A stretch of DNA of 24,000 bases from Peribacillus simplex (GCF_030123325.1 NZ_CP126106.1:1993077-2017076); one strand, 5' to 3'. Shown: positions 9,065 to 17,612, numbered from the stretch's first letter. Notes: generated by a model from the sequence alone, not told the origin. Numbers and translations are program-made.

Positions 9065-9793
9065 ATGAATTTAAATCCTTCAACCCCCCAGCCATTATAT
9101 ATGCAAATAAGGCAAATGTTGAAGAATGATATTCAGAACGGTAAATATAAACCAGATGAACAGATCCCAACCGAAGCGGAGCTTTGTGAAACTTATAGCG
9201 TTAGTCGCATTACCATACGAAAAGCAATAGAGGAATTGGTGAAGGAAGGAACGCTGACACGTATTCCGCGCAGAGGTACCTTTGTTGCATCTAATAAGTT
9301 CCATAATGAATTGTTATCGATAAGTGGATTCTCGGAGTTTAGTCATCAGCTTGGGATGATACCTAATTCCCGGATTTTAAGAAGTGAGGTCATACCAGCG
9401 CCAAAAGATGTTGCAGGTCATCTCCTCATTGAAGAAGGTAGCCCCGTTCTCGAACTTGAGAGACTCATGTATGTGAATGATCGTCCGCTTTTCTACGATA
9501 CCGCTCATTATTCGTTAATTCGTTTTCCGGATTTAGAAAAGAAGATTGCAAGGGATGAATCAACTTATAAAATCCTTATGGAAGATTACCATACAGAAAT
9601 AGTCAGTAACGATAAAATTATAGACGTGATTGGTGCTACAAAAAACTATGCTAAATTTTTAGAATGTGATATTGGCGCCAATTTATTTAGAATATTAAAG
9701 ACCGCCTTCGATGCAAACGACCGGCCTGTGCATCTTTCAACGTTCATGTGCGAAACCAACAAGGTCAATCTGACTGTTCATCGGGCAAAATAG
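9065..9793 (+). CDS. frlR: GntR-family (HutC subfamily, wHTH + UTRA domain) transcriptional regulator, FrlR-like
   Basis: N-terminal PLYMQIRQMLKNDIQNGKYKPDEQIPTEAELCETYSVSRITIRKAIEELVKEG is a GntR wHTH. The C-terminal half is UTRA-like. ATG 9065 (after AAGGA) is preferred to the TTG at 9041. It is the last gene of the frl cluster. Confidence 0.75.
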   Translation: MNLNPSTPQPLYMQIRQMLKNDIQNGKYKPDEQIPTEAELCETYSVSRITIRKAIEELVKEGTLTRIPRRGTFVASNKFHNELLSISGFSEFSHQLGMIPNSRILRSEVIPAPKDVAGHLLIEEGSPVLELERLMYVNDRPLFYDTAHYSLIRFPDLEKKIARDESTYKILMEDYHTEIVSNDKIIDVIGATKNYAKFLECDIGANLFRILKTAFDANDRPVHLSTFMCETNKVNLTVHRAK

Positions 9794-9825
9794 GTCATGC
9801 CAAATTATTGGCATGACCTATTTTT
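9787..9825. terminator. Bidirectional terminator shared by frlR (+) and the convergent small gene (-)
   Basis: AAAATAGGTCATGCC / GGCATGACCTATTTT, a perfect 15-bp stem with an A-run and a T-run on either side. The frlR stop codon lies inside the stem. Confidence 0.85.
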
Positions 9826-9838
9826 GTGTATTACTCCT

Positions 9839-10003
9839 TCAACTCTCATCATCCAATTCTTCTTCATTGATCAATGCATATAAAATATCATTACAATTAA
9901 TACATAAGATTTTTTTGTTATCTAACAGAATACCGTTTAGAAATCCAGCAGTACAATATACTTTACGTGCACAGCGAACACAAGTGCCAACTAGTTCGTC
10001 CAT
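9839..10003 (-). CDS. Small zinc-ribbon protein (54 aa, two CxxC pairs); below the ORF-track length cut-off
   Basis: Hand translation gives MDELVGTCVRCARKVYCTAGFLNGILLDNKKILCINCNDILYALINEEELDDES. The ATG lies 7 nt after AAGGGGA, 42 bp downstream of the DinB stop, and the gene ends at the bidirectional terminator. Confidence 0.65.
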   Translation of the reverse strand: MDELVGTCVRCARKVYCTAGFLNGILLDNKKILCINCNDILYALINEEELDDES

Positions 10004-10045
10004 TGATACATCCCCTTATTCAGGAATCGGATATTGTTTGGTTTT

Positions 10046-10552
10046 CTATTTTGAATAAAGGTAAAGGCCAAAATCTTGCATAACGGAAGTGTGCCCCATT
10101 TGCCGCAACATGGTAGCAATATTGCCACGATGATATGATCCGTGAGTGACAACGTGTAATACCGATTCGGAAATGGAAGTTTCAAGCAACCCAGCATATG
10201 GGTTATCCACGACAATTACCTTATCCGTATCCTCTGTACTCAGTATTGCTTTGTTTCTGTCGTATAAATCTACAAATATTTTTTTCATTTCCTCAATACT
10301 TTTCTTTTCAACCTCTTCTCTTGATTGATTGGAACATGCCATTGCTTCATCCATACTTTTACCCGAGATAATGTCAAACCACGCATAATCTGTGAGATAA
10401 ATGTGAGACAACACTTTTGAAACCGACGAAAAACCACTCTGAATTTCCTTATGGTAAATGTGCTGCGGAAGTTCATTTAACCGATCGATGATGACTCCGT
10501 TTGCCCACGAGTGATAGTTATACATTTCTAATACTGGCTCGGGATGATTCAT
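10046..10552 (-). CDS. DinB-family (DinB/YfiT-like metal-binding four-helix bundle) protein
   Basis: 168 aa. Start YNYHSWAN and C-terminal HVVTHGSYHRGNIATMLRQMG show the His-triad pattern typical of the DinB superfamily. Confidence 0.8.
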   Translation of the reverse strand: MNHPEPVLEMYNYHSWANGVIIDRLNELPQHIYHKEIQSGFSSVSKVLSHIYLTDYAWFDIISGKSMDEAMACSNQSREEVEKKSIEEMKKIFVDLYDRNKAILSTEDTDKVIVVDNPYAGLLETSISESVLHVVTHGSYHRGNIATMLRQMGHTSVMQDFGLYLYSK

Positions 10553-10851
10553 TAAAAAACCCCCATATACACTAGTTTTTTCGTATTCAACAATTTATGC
10601 AGTAAAAACAAAAAAATACACGAATGTATAATTATTAATATGCTGTTCTCTTATATATAACAATTCCCCCTAACCGTTCGTCCGCTCATCGCGAGTTTCC
10701 AATGTATAAAAAAGAGGATTTTGAGATAATACGGACTACTTATCACTCTGATTAGAAAAATGAATAGTTAGTGGAGGTCACATTAGAGTATTTTTTCTTG
10801 CAGGAAAACAGCTCCTTATATCGAAATGATAGTAAAGGAGATGGTATTTTT

Positions 10852-11058
10852 ATGAATCTGAGGATCAAATATAGGCTTTATATCCATGTAGACGGAAAAC
10901 TTATTCCAGAACAGTATGACCGATACGAGATACTAAATGTCAGGGAAGGTATAGATCCAAATGATACTAAGGATTACCAAGAGCTTATTAGTAAATTGAG
11001 TAAGTCGATTAATCGACCACTAAGTGAATTTGAAATAAAAAACTATGAAACAATGTAA
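10852..11058 (+). CDS. Hypothetical small protein (68 aa)
   Basis: ATG 10852 lies 10 nt after AAAGGAGA. The upstream GTG 10771 in the track has no RBS. No recognisable family. Confidence 0.5.
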   Translation: MNLRIKYRLYIHVDGKLIPEQYDRYEILNVREGIDPNDTKDYQELISKLSKSINRPLSEFEIKNYETM

Positions 11059-11290
11059 GTGCAGTTAGTATTCTAAAATTTTCTCCTTCATTAGAATGAA
11101 AATCAAAATATAAAAGTGAAAATATTTAAAGAGAACTAGTTTCAGTCTCATTTTTCTTCTTTACTAGTTTAAAATGTTGTAGGAATCTGAGTGAGCACCG
11201 CCTGATGTATCTCTAAAAATAAAGACGGTGGTATAGACTTGCTCCGGTAGAGGACAGGGGACACAGACATGATTGAAGTGCATGATATAT

Positions 11291-11336
11291 AACGCCAATT
11301 AAGCGCTCCATTTTCTTGGAGCGCTTAATTGGCGTT
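11291..11336. other. Perfect 20-bp-stem hairpin without a clear U-tract
   Basis: AACGCCAATTAAGCGCTCCA-TTTTCT-TGGAGCGCTTAATTGGCGTT, 20/20 pairing. Only TTT follows on the + strand and no T-run on the minus strand. Confidence 0.8.
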
Positions 11337-11485
11337 TACTCATTAAAATCAGATATCCGTCGGAAATATTGTTTAAGGCTTATTTATTGAGAGAAATTGT
11401 TTCTGATTTTTTGAATGGTCGTTGAAGCGCTTCATCCGAATGGGCTGGCAGTTATATTTGTGAACAAAAAACCTCCTTATTGACC

Positions 11486-11514
11486 TTGACTTTGTAATAT
11501 TTATTTCATATTAT
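11486..11514 (+). promoter_or_regulatory. SigA-type promoter upstream of the aminotransferase gene
   Basis: TTGACT (11486-11491), 17-nt spacer, TATTAT (11509-11514). This implies an approximately 240-nt leader before ATG 11762. Inverted ATTTCAT/ATGAAAT arms flank the -10 region. Confidence 0.5.
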
Positions 11515-11761
11515 ATTTTATAATGAAATGTTTATTTTAATAATTAGAAAATTCACTATGGGTACAACCGGAGGTGAATGAGAAGCTTGGAATGATGGTT
11601 GGTGGAAGCAATTTCAAAGTGTATGCCTTATCATCTTTTATCTTCTTATGGTCGGGCTGGACCTGGCATTTAATAGAAGTTTGATTAAATTGTAAAAAAT
11701 ATCTTCTATTATTTATCAATCCTTTCGCATGAAAGAAATCTATAAAAAGGGGAAATTAATT

Positions 11762-13135
11762 ATGATACTACACGAGAAGAATTCATTGTCAGAAAAAACG
11801 AAAAAATCAGCTGATTTATTTGAAAAAGCTTGTGAAGTGATTCCGGGCGGTGTCACAGCACATATTAAATACTTTCCGCCACATCCCTTAATGATGGAAA
11901 AAGGAAAAGGCAGTAAGTTATATGATGTAGATGGCAATGAATATATCGATTATTTATTATGTTATGGAGCTCTTATATCAGGTCATGGTCATCAACAAGT
12001 ATTTGATGCTGTGACAAAACAAATGTTAGAGTCTGGAACTACCATATTCGGTACGCCTCACAAGATGGAAACAACAATGGCGGAAAAATTAGTAGGGTTA
12101 TATCCTGGGATTGAAATGGTACGTTATACGAATTCGGGCTTAGAAGCTACACTTCTTGCAATTCGTACGGCGGTGGCTTATACCGGAAAACCGAAATTGG
12201 CAAAGTTTGAAGGACATTATCATGGAGGATATGATCAAGTATTAGTGAGTGTTAACCCTGATATGGAACAGGCAGGTAACGCAACAGCTCCTAAAGCGGT
12301 AGGAGAATCAAGAGGAATACCAGATTACTATATTGAAAATACCGTCATTCTTCCATTCAATGATTTAGAATCTACCGAGAAGATTTTACGTGCCCATGCA
12401 CATGAATTAGCAGGTGTTATTTTAGAGCCAATTCAAGGAGGGTTCATACCTGCTGAACAAGAATTCATGGAAGGACTTCGTAGAATAACAGAAGAACTTA
12501 ATATAGTGCTTATTTTCGATGAAGTAAAAACAGGATTCAGGATATCAATTGGGGGAGCTCAAAAAGTATATGGCATTAAACCGGATATCACTACCTTAGG
12601 AAAAGTTCTGGGCGGCGGATTCCCAGTAGGGGCCATTGGAGGTAAAAAAGAAATAATGATGATTACCTCTGCTAGAGGCGGACGAGATATTTTAACAGCT
12701 GGAGCAGATAATGCAGATAAACAAAATCCGTTATATCATAGTGGAACATACAATGGTCATCCGACCATATTGGCTGCCGGTTTAGCAACTATTGACTTAT
12801 TGGAACAAGAAGGAACAATGGAAGATTTGTTTGCTAAGACGCAATCTTTACGTAAGGAACTTGAGAATGTGTATAAAAAACACGGCTTAAACATGCAAAC
12901 AGTCGGTATGGGCAGTATCTTTAACATTATCTTAGCCGAAGGCCCGATTAAAAATTATCGTGATATGGGCAGGGCAAATACGAAGTTAAGAAAAGAGATT
13001 GACTATGAGTTATTAAAATTAGGTATTTATACAAAGCCGCTAAATCGTTATTCGATGTCTGTTGTACACACGGAGGAAGATATTCTTCGAACTGTGGAAG
13101 CGCATGACGAAGCCATTGGGCGGATCCTGAAATAA
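11762..13135 (+). CDS. Class-III PLP aminotransferase, glutamate-1-semialdehyde-2,1-aminomutase-like paralogue
   Basis: ATG 11762 follows AAAGGGGA. IFDEVKTGFRISIGGAQKVYGIKPDITTLGKVLGGGFPVGAIGGKKEIM is the HemL/GsaB-type PLP-lysine block. The gene is not in a hem operon context, so no hemL symbol is given. Confidence 0.8.
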   Translation: MILHEKNSLSEKTKKSADLFEKACEVIPGGVTAHIKYFPPHPLMMEKGKGSKLYDVDGNEYIDYLLCYGALISGHGHQQVFDAVTKQMLESGTTIFGTPHKMETTMAEKLVGLYPGIEMVRYTNSGLEATLLAIRTAVAYTGKPKLAKFEGHYHGGYDQVLVSVNPDMEQAGNATAPKAVGESRGIPDYYIENTVILPFNDLESTEKILRAHAHELAGVILEPIQGGFIPAEQEFMEGLRRITEELNIVLIFDEVKTGFRISIGGAQKVYGIKPDITTLGKVLGGGFPVGAIGGKKEIMMITSARGGRDILTAGADNADKQNPLYHSGTYNGHPTILAAGLATIDLLEQEGTMEDLFAKTQSLRKELENVYKKHGLNMQTVGMGSIFNIILAEGPIKNYRDMGRANTKLRKEIDYELLKLGIYTKPLNRYSMSVVHTEEDILRTVEAHDEAIGRILK

Positions 13136-13165
13136 TTCAGCTTAACTGAGTGTCAGATGGAAAGC

Positions 13166-13208
13166 AAAAGGCCCGATCAAAGCGATTTTAATTGATCTGG
13201 CCTTTTTT
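13166..13208 (+). terminator. Rho-independent terminator after the aminotransferase
   Basis: AAAAGGCCCGATCAA / TTGATCTGGCCTTTT (1 mismatch) followed by TTTTTT. Confidence 0.75.
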
Positions 13209-13341
13209 AATTCCACCATGGCACTTGCAATTAACTTGACAAAAAAGGATGAAAAAACCTATTGTTAAATTATAATCCTTCACAAAAAGGAACTAGATAC
13301 TCCTACAATACATAAATATAATTAAAGGGGCGCTCTTTTTA

Positions 13342-14202
13342 ATGTCAAACGTCTATCAAAACATCGCTGGACAAATAGGGGAAATGAGCAAGTCCCACGT
13401 GAAAATAGCTACATATATTTTAGAGAATCAAACGACCGTTCCTTTCTTTACAGTTGGGAAATTAGCAAAAATGGCAGGCGTCAGTGATGCCACTGTTGTA
13501 CGGTTTGCAACCTCGCTTGGCTATTCAGGCTATCCAGAGATGCAGCAGTATATGCAGAATTCCGTTAAGCAGCAGCTGACAACGACAGAACGACTGAAGA
13601 TGTCACAAAAAGTATACAATAAAGAGTCTTCAGGGGTATACGAAGTTTTCCAAGATGACATCGCAAACATAAAATCCACTATGGAGAAATTGGATGAAGA
13701 TGCATTCCATGAAGCAGTGAAATGCTTATTACAAGCGAGACGAGTATATGTTATCGCAAACCGCAGTGCCACTTCCCTAGGCGTGTTTTTGGAATATTAT
13801 CTTCAAATTGTTTTAAATAATGTGGAACTTCTGCAGTCATTGGAGAATTCATCGGAAAAGTTATATAATTTAGGTGAAAAAGATGTAGTGATTGGCGTCA
13901 GTTTTGCACGATATACGAAAAGCACAATTCAAATGTTTTCGTTTGCAAAGGAAAAAAATGCGACAACAATTGCCATTACTGATAATTTACTCTCACCGCT
14001 TATTCCTCATGCGGACATTCCGTTGACAGCATCCAGTCAGATGCCCAGCTTCATTGACTCTTTCGTTGCACCATTAAGCTTGATTAATGCTTTGATCATG
14101 TTTGTCGGAAAAGAGAAGCAGGAAGATATACACGATCGATTAGAAGTTTTGGAAGACATCTGGAGTCATTTTGATGTTTTTCAAAGAAAGAAAATGCAAT
14201 AG
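13342..14202 (+). CDS. MurR/RpiR-family transcriptional regulator (HTH_6 + SIS phosphosugar-binding domain)
   Basis: N-terminal IATYILENQ...FTVGKLAKMAGVSDATVVRFATSLGYSGYPEM is the RpiR HTH. The C-terminal half has a SIS fold pattern (VYVIANRSA...VVIGVSFARYTK.T). Confidence 0.85.
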   Translation: MSNVYQNIAGQIGEMSKSHVKIATYILENQTTVPFFTVGKLAKMAGVSDATVVRFATSLGYSGYPEMQQYMQNSVKQQLTTTERLKMSQKVYNKESSGVYEVFQDDIANIKSTMEKLDEDAFHEAVKCLLQARRVYVIANRSATSLGVFLEYYLQIVLNNVELLQSLENSSEKLYNLGEKDVVIGVSFARYTKSTIQMFSFAKEKNATTIAITDNLLSPLIPHADIPLTASSQMPSFIDSFVAPLSLINALIMFVGKEKQEDIHDRLEVLEDIWSHFDVFQRKKMQ

Positions 14203-14245
14203 AAAAAAAGCCTTACTCTTCCAATGTGGAAGAGTAAGGCTATTT
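14203..14245. terminator. Bidirectional terminator between the convergent RpiR and permease genes
   Basis: Perfect 13-bp stem GCCTTACTCTTCC / GGAAGAGTAAGGC, with A7 upstream (a T-run for the minus strand) and TATTT downstream. Confidence 0.8.
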
Positions 14246-14276
14246 AATTTATCACATAATGATATTCCGCCATAGC

Positions 14277-15680
14277 TTATTTCAATGGAGGCAAATTACT
14301 GGATCGTTTACTTTTCTCGTCTGCGCTACTGATTTCCTTTTTTCCGAAAAAATGAGTCAACACAATGATTACCCCGGTTAGTAATAGTGTTGAATATAGT
14401 TGGCTTCTTGTAGAATCGATAAAAGCCATGGAAATTAAAATGATGGAAATCCCCAGGATCGTCGCATATGTCAAATATGGGAACAACCACATCTTCACTT
14501 TCAGAGCATCAGGATTCTCTTTTTCCAATCTATTTCTCATCCTTAACTGAGAAATGGAAATAACCAAATAAACTAGCAAGATAATCGCTCCTGAAGAGTT
14601 AACCAGAAAGAGAAAAACCAATTCAGGCGAAACATAACTCATCACTACAGCAATATAAGAAAATATGGTAGCTGCAAAAACAGCTCTGGCAGGTACGCCA
14701 TTTTTATTCAACTTACTAAAATATTGTGGGGCATCCCCTTTTTTTGCTAAAGAGAAAAGCATTCGGGATGTTGTATACAATCCAGCATTTAGACATGATA
14801 AAACAGCAGTTAGTACGATGAAATTCATGAGGTGAGCTGCAAAAGGAATGCCTAGGTTTTCTAAAACGGCAACAAATGGACTTTGTAATACATTGGCAGA
14901 ATTCCATGGAAGTAATGTCACAACTACGGCTATTGATCCTACATAAAAGATCAAGACACGCCAAATTGTACTATTAATGGCTTTAGAGACGGACTTAACA
15001 GGATCCTTTGATTCAGCTGCTGCAATGGTCGCTACTTCTGTACCGGCAAAAGAGAAAAATACAGTGATGACTCCAACGAAGACGGAACTTACACCATTAG
15101 GGAAAAAACCCCCGTTTTGTACAAGGTTAGATATTCCAACCGTCGATTCTCCTGAAAATCCGAATATATAAGATACTCCTAAAATTAAAAAGGCGATGAT
15201 GCTCGCTACTTTAATCATGGCAAACCAATATTCAAATTCTCCAAAGGATTTCACTGAATAGATATTTGTTAAAGTCAAAGCGATTGTCAAGGCCAAAGCA
15301 AGAAACCATAAAGGAATACCTGGGTACCACATATTGATGATGGCTGCACCTGCAATGGCTTCAATGGCAATAACGACAACCCATTGAAACCAATAAAGCC
15401 ACCCAACCGTAGTACCTGCCCAAGGGCCAATTGCGTCCCGGGCATATTCTGAAAATGAACCACTTGATGGATTGGAAGTGGCCATTTCACCAAGGCTCTT
15501 CATAATCAAGAACACTAATACACCGGCAATTACATAAGAGACCAAGATGCCAGGCCCGACCTTATGTATGGCAGCGCCACTACCTACAAAAAGACCTGCA
15601 CCAATGACGCCTCCGATTGCAATCATTGACATGTGACGAGAACTGAGTGATTGTTCTAAATCATTCTGTTGTTTTTTCAT
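14277..15680 (-). CDS. Amino-acid permease (APC superfamily, AAT family, GabP/AroP/LysP-like)
   Basis: 467 aa, 12 TM segments. Signature SRHMSMIAIGGVIGAGLFVGSG...SGSFSEYA...WLYWFQW. Confidence 0.85.
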   Translation of the reverse strand: MKKQQNDLEQSLSSRHMSMIAIGGVIGAGLFVGSGAAIHKVGPGILVSYVIAGVLVFLIMKSLGEMATSNPSSGSFSEYARDAIGPWAGTTVGWLYWFQWVVVIAIEAIAGAAIINMWYPGIPLWFLALALTIALTLTNIYSVKSFGEFEYWFAMIKVASIIAFLILGVSYIFGFSGESTVGISNLVQNGGFFPNGVSSVFVGVITVFFSFAGTEVATIAAAESKDPVKSVSKAINSTIWRVLIFYVGSIAVVVTLLPWNSANVLQSPFVAVLENLGIPFAAHLMNFIVLTAVLSCLNAGLYTTSRMLFSLAKKGDAPQYFSKLNKNGVPARAVFAATIFSYIAVVMSYVSPELVFLFLVNSSGAIILLVYLVISISQLRMRNRLEKENPDALKVKMWLFPYLTYATILGISIILISMAFIDSTRSQLYSTLLLTGVIIVLTHFFGKKEISSADEKSKRSSNLPPLK

Positions 15681-15812
15681 GTAAGACCTCCCCGAAAAAT
15701 GTTGTGTAAAAGCTTACAATTACCCTACCGAAACTGGATTGATTATAGTTTACACAATTTTTAGATTTTTTGAAATAAAAAATTCAAAATTATATACAAA
15801 AAGAAATAATCA

Positions 15813-15841
15813 TTGCTTAATTAAATGAAATAAAATATTAT
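15813..15841 (+). promoter_or_regulatory. SigA-type promoter of the C-N hydrolase gene
   Basis: TTGCTT (15813-15818), 17-nt spacer, TATTAT (15836-15841). A 7-bp hairpin CAGATTT/AAATCTG lies just downstream. Confidence 0.5.
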
Positions 15842-15896
15842 TAAATTAAACACAGATTTCTAAAAAATCTGATAATTTTCATTTGCAGAAAAGGAT

Positions 15897-16706
15897 GTGC
15901 TTTTGTTGATTAAGGTTGCTGCAGTTCAATTACAAGCTATCCCTGGTGAAAGGGATAAAAATATTAAAAATTGTATAGAAATGGTTGAAGAGTCGGCTAA
16001 ACAGGGAGCTGAATTAATCGTATTACCTGAACTTTGGGTGAGTGGCTACTATTTATCGAAGGAGCAATTCGAATCGTTGCAAGAGGTTCCGACTGGAGAA
16101 ACTGTTACATTATTTCAAAAGCTCGCTAAAGAGTTAAAAGTAATACTCATCGTCCCTTTTGTAGAGGGAGAAAATGGAAACCTTTACATATCCTTAGCTG
16201 TAATTGAGTCAACAGGGGAAGTCATTGCCACTTATCGAAAATCATTTTTATGGGGAAGAGAGAAGGATATATTTACTCCTGGTGAGAAAGCCTATAATGC
16301 AATAGAAACATCGAAAGGGAAAATAGGTGTTCTTATTTGTGCAGATATTGAATTTCCTGAACCAAGCCGGATTCTAGCTCTTCAAGGTGCAGAACTTATT
16401 ATTGTTCCTTCAGTGTGGAGTTACGGAGCTGAAACAAGATGGGATATTCAACTTCCGGCACGTGCACTCGATAATACGGTTTATATTCTTGGAGTAAACA
16501 CGGTTAATGAGGGAAGTTGCGGAAAGAGTAAACTTGTCGCTCCGACCGGTGAGGTCCTATGTGAAGCTTCAAGATCAGAGCAGAGTATTCTAATTCATGA
16601 TGTGGATTTTTCAATTATATCCGAGGTGCGAAATGAAGTTCCTTATCTGGATGATTTAGACAAGAAATTGTGGCCGAATGAGTTGTTATTTGCATTGGAA
16701 AAATAG
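15897..16706 (+). CDS. Carbon-nitrogen hydrolase (nitrilase superfamily) protein; candidate N-carbamoyl-amino-acid amidohydrolase or omega-amidase
   Basis: Catalytic triad context is present: VLPELW (Glu), YRKSFLW (Lys), GVLICADIEFPE (Cys). The start is ambiguous among GTG 15897, TTG 15903 and TTG 15906, all after AAAAGGA. Confidence 0.8.
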   Translation: MLLLIKVAAVQLQAIPGERDKNIKNCIEMVEESAKQGAELIVLPELWVSGYYLSKEQFESLQEVPTGETVTLFQKLAKELKVILIVPFVEGENGNLYISLAVIESTGEVIATYRKSFLWGREKDIFTPGEKAYNAIETSKGKIGVLICADIEFPEPSRILALQGAELIIVPSVWSYGAETRWDIQLPARALDNTVYILGVNTVNEGSCGKSKLVAPTGEVLCEASRSEQSILIHDVDFSIISEVRNEVPYLDDLDKKLWPNELLFALEK

Positions 16707-16770
16707 ATTTTTTCAAAATTCATTAAACGAATCACGTGGGTCTATAACTAAAATCTTATAAAAGTTTATT

Positions 16771-16812
16771 AAAATCCATTTTTCATTATTAAATGATTAA
16801 TGGATTTTTTGT
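16771..16812 (+). terminator. Rho-independent terminator after the C-N hydrolase
   Basis: AAAATCCATT / AATGGATTTT stem with an internally paired loop, followed by a T-run. Confidence 0.7.
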
Positions 16813-16941
16813 TTTATTAGGAATTATAAGCAAAATAATTTTTGAACCATGAATCGGCTTTTTCGAATTATCATGCCAAAGGTCAATGTATTGATCCCTG
16901 TACAACTACAGTTATCACAATGATAATTATTAATCGGGGAA

Positions 16942-16986
16942 AAATTTCAGAAAATTATTGTTTTTCTGAAATATACACTTTATAAT
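16942..16986 (+). promoter_or_regulatory. Promoter of the tetR operon overlapped by an 11-bp perfect inverted repeat that also matches the CodY box
   Basis: ATTTCAGAAAA (16944-16954), 7-nt spacer, TTTTCTGAAAT (16962-16972). TTGTTT (16958-16963), 17-nt spacer, TATAAT (16981-16986). AAATTTCAGAAAATT (16942-16956) matches AATTTTCWGAAAATT at 14 of 15 positions. Confidence 0.6.
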
Positions 16987-17015
16987 TTACCTAACAAACG
17001 TTAGGTGGGGATGAA

Positions 17016-17612
17016 TTGAAAAAGCAAGAATTGATAGATGCAGCCCTTTTGCATTATTCACTACATGGATATCAAGGAGCTACCATGAAGAAAATCGCGG
17101 ATGAAGTGGGAATAAAACCAGCATCCATTTATTTTTTTTATAAAAACAAAGAGGAATTATTTATCGCCGCTTTTCAACATTTACTTGATAACCATTTAGC
17201 CGAAATGAAACGAATTTTAGCTAAAACAAGTTCACGATCAGTTGATCGGATTTTTAGCGAAATGCTTCATGGGATCGTTAAGTATCACAAAAATGATGAG
17301 CGAGGGACTATGGCGTATATATCGTTAGTTACGTCACCCATTCCGGAAATCAAACTATATTTACAAAAGTATTTGTTGCATTTTAATGATTGGATGGCCA
17401 GTTCACTTGAGGATCTATTGAGGCAGAGGTATCCGAGCATTTCTGCAGACGAAGTGGACCAAATCATTAAGCAATTTGTTTTACTCGGGAATGGATTATT
17501 CTGGGGTATTAACTTGTATGAGGGACAAGATTTAATGGAACAAGTTCATATTGCAGATCGTTTCATCAGCTCCATGTTTAGTGATATAGAAAGGAAATAT
17601 GTGAAGTCATAA
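17016..17612 (+). CDS. TetR/AcrR-family transcriptional regulator
   Basis: TTG start after AGGTGGGGA. N-terminal HGYQGATMKKIADEVGIKPASIYFFYKNKEELF is the TetR HTH. Confidence 0.9.
   Translation: MKKQELIDAALLHYSLHGYQGATMKKIADEVGIKPASIYFFYKNKEELFIAAFQHLLDNHLAEMKRILAKTSSRSVDRIFSEMLHGIVKYHKNDERGTMAYISLVTSPIPEIKLYLQKYLLHFNDWMASSLEDLLRQRYPSISADEVDQIIKQFVLLGNGLFWGINLYEGQDLMEQVHIADRFISSMFSDIERKYVKS

Noticed and set aside
9813-10215. ORFs 9813-10058 (+, 81 aa) and 9991-10215 (-, 74 aa)
   Set aside because: Neither has an RBS, and both translate to low-complexity sequence. The first is antisense to the RBS-preceded zinc-ribbon gene, and the second is an alternative frame overlapping the DinB gene.
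11160-11340. Known riboswitch or T-box leader
   Set aside because: I checked by eye for three classes. For TPP, CTGAG and CCTGAT are present but there is no CGTAGGGA or P4/P5 pattern. For glycine, a CTCCGGTAGAGGACAG tail is reminiscent, but ACCGAAGGGGCAA is missing. For T-box, GGTGGTA is present but the ACCGCG continuation and the antiterminator geometry are not. None fits, and there is no gene directly downstream.
11537-11719. 60-aa minus-strand ORF in the aminotransferase leader
   Set aside because: No RBS, an implausible sequence, and it lies antisense to the predicted leader.
11762-13135. Calling the aminotransferase hemL
   Set aside because: The sequence is GSA-aminomutase-like, but the gene sits with a regulator, permease and hydrolase rather than in a hem operon. 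It is more likely a paralogue with another substrate, so no symbol is assigned.
15813-15850. Shared AATGAAAT/ATTTCAT motif between the promoters at 11.5 kb and 15.8 kb as an RpiR operator
   Set aside because: Matches of 7-8 bp in very AT-rich promoter DNA are expected by chance. This is not strong enough to report as a site.
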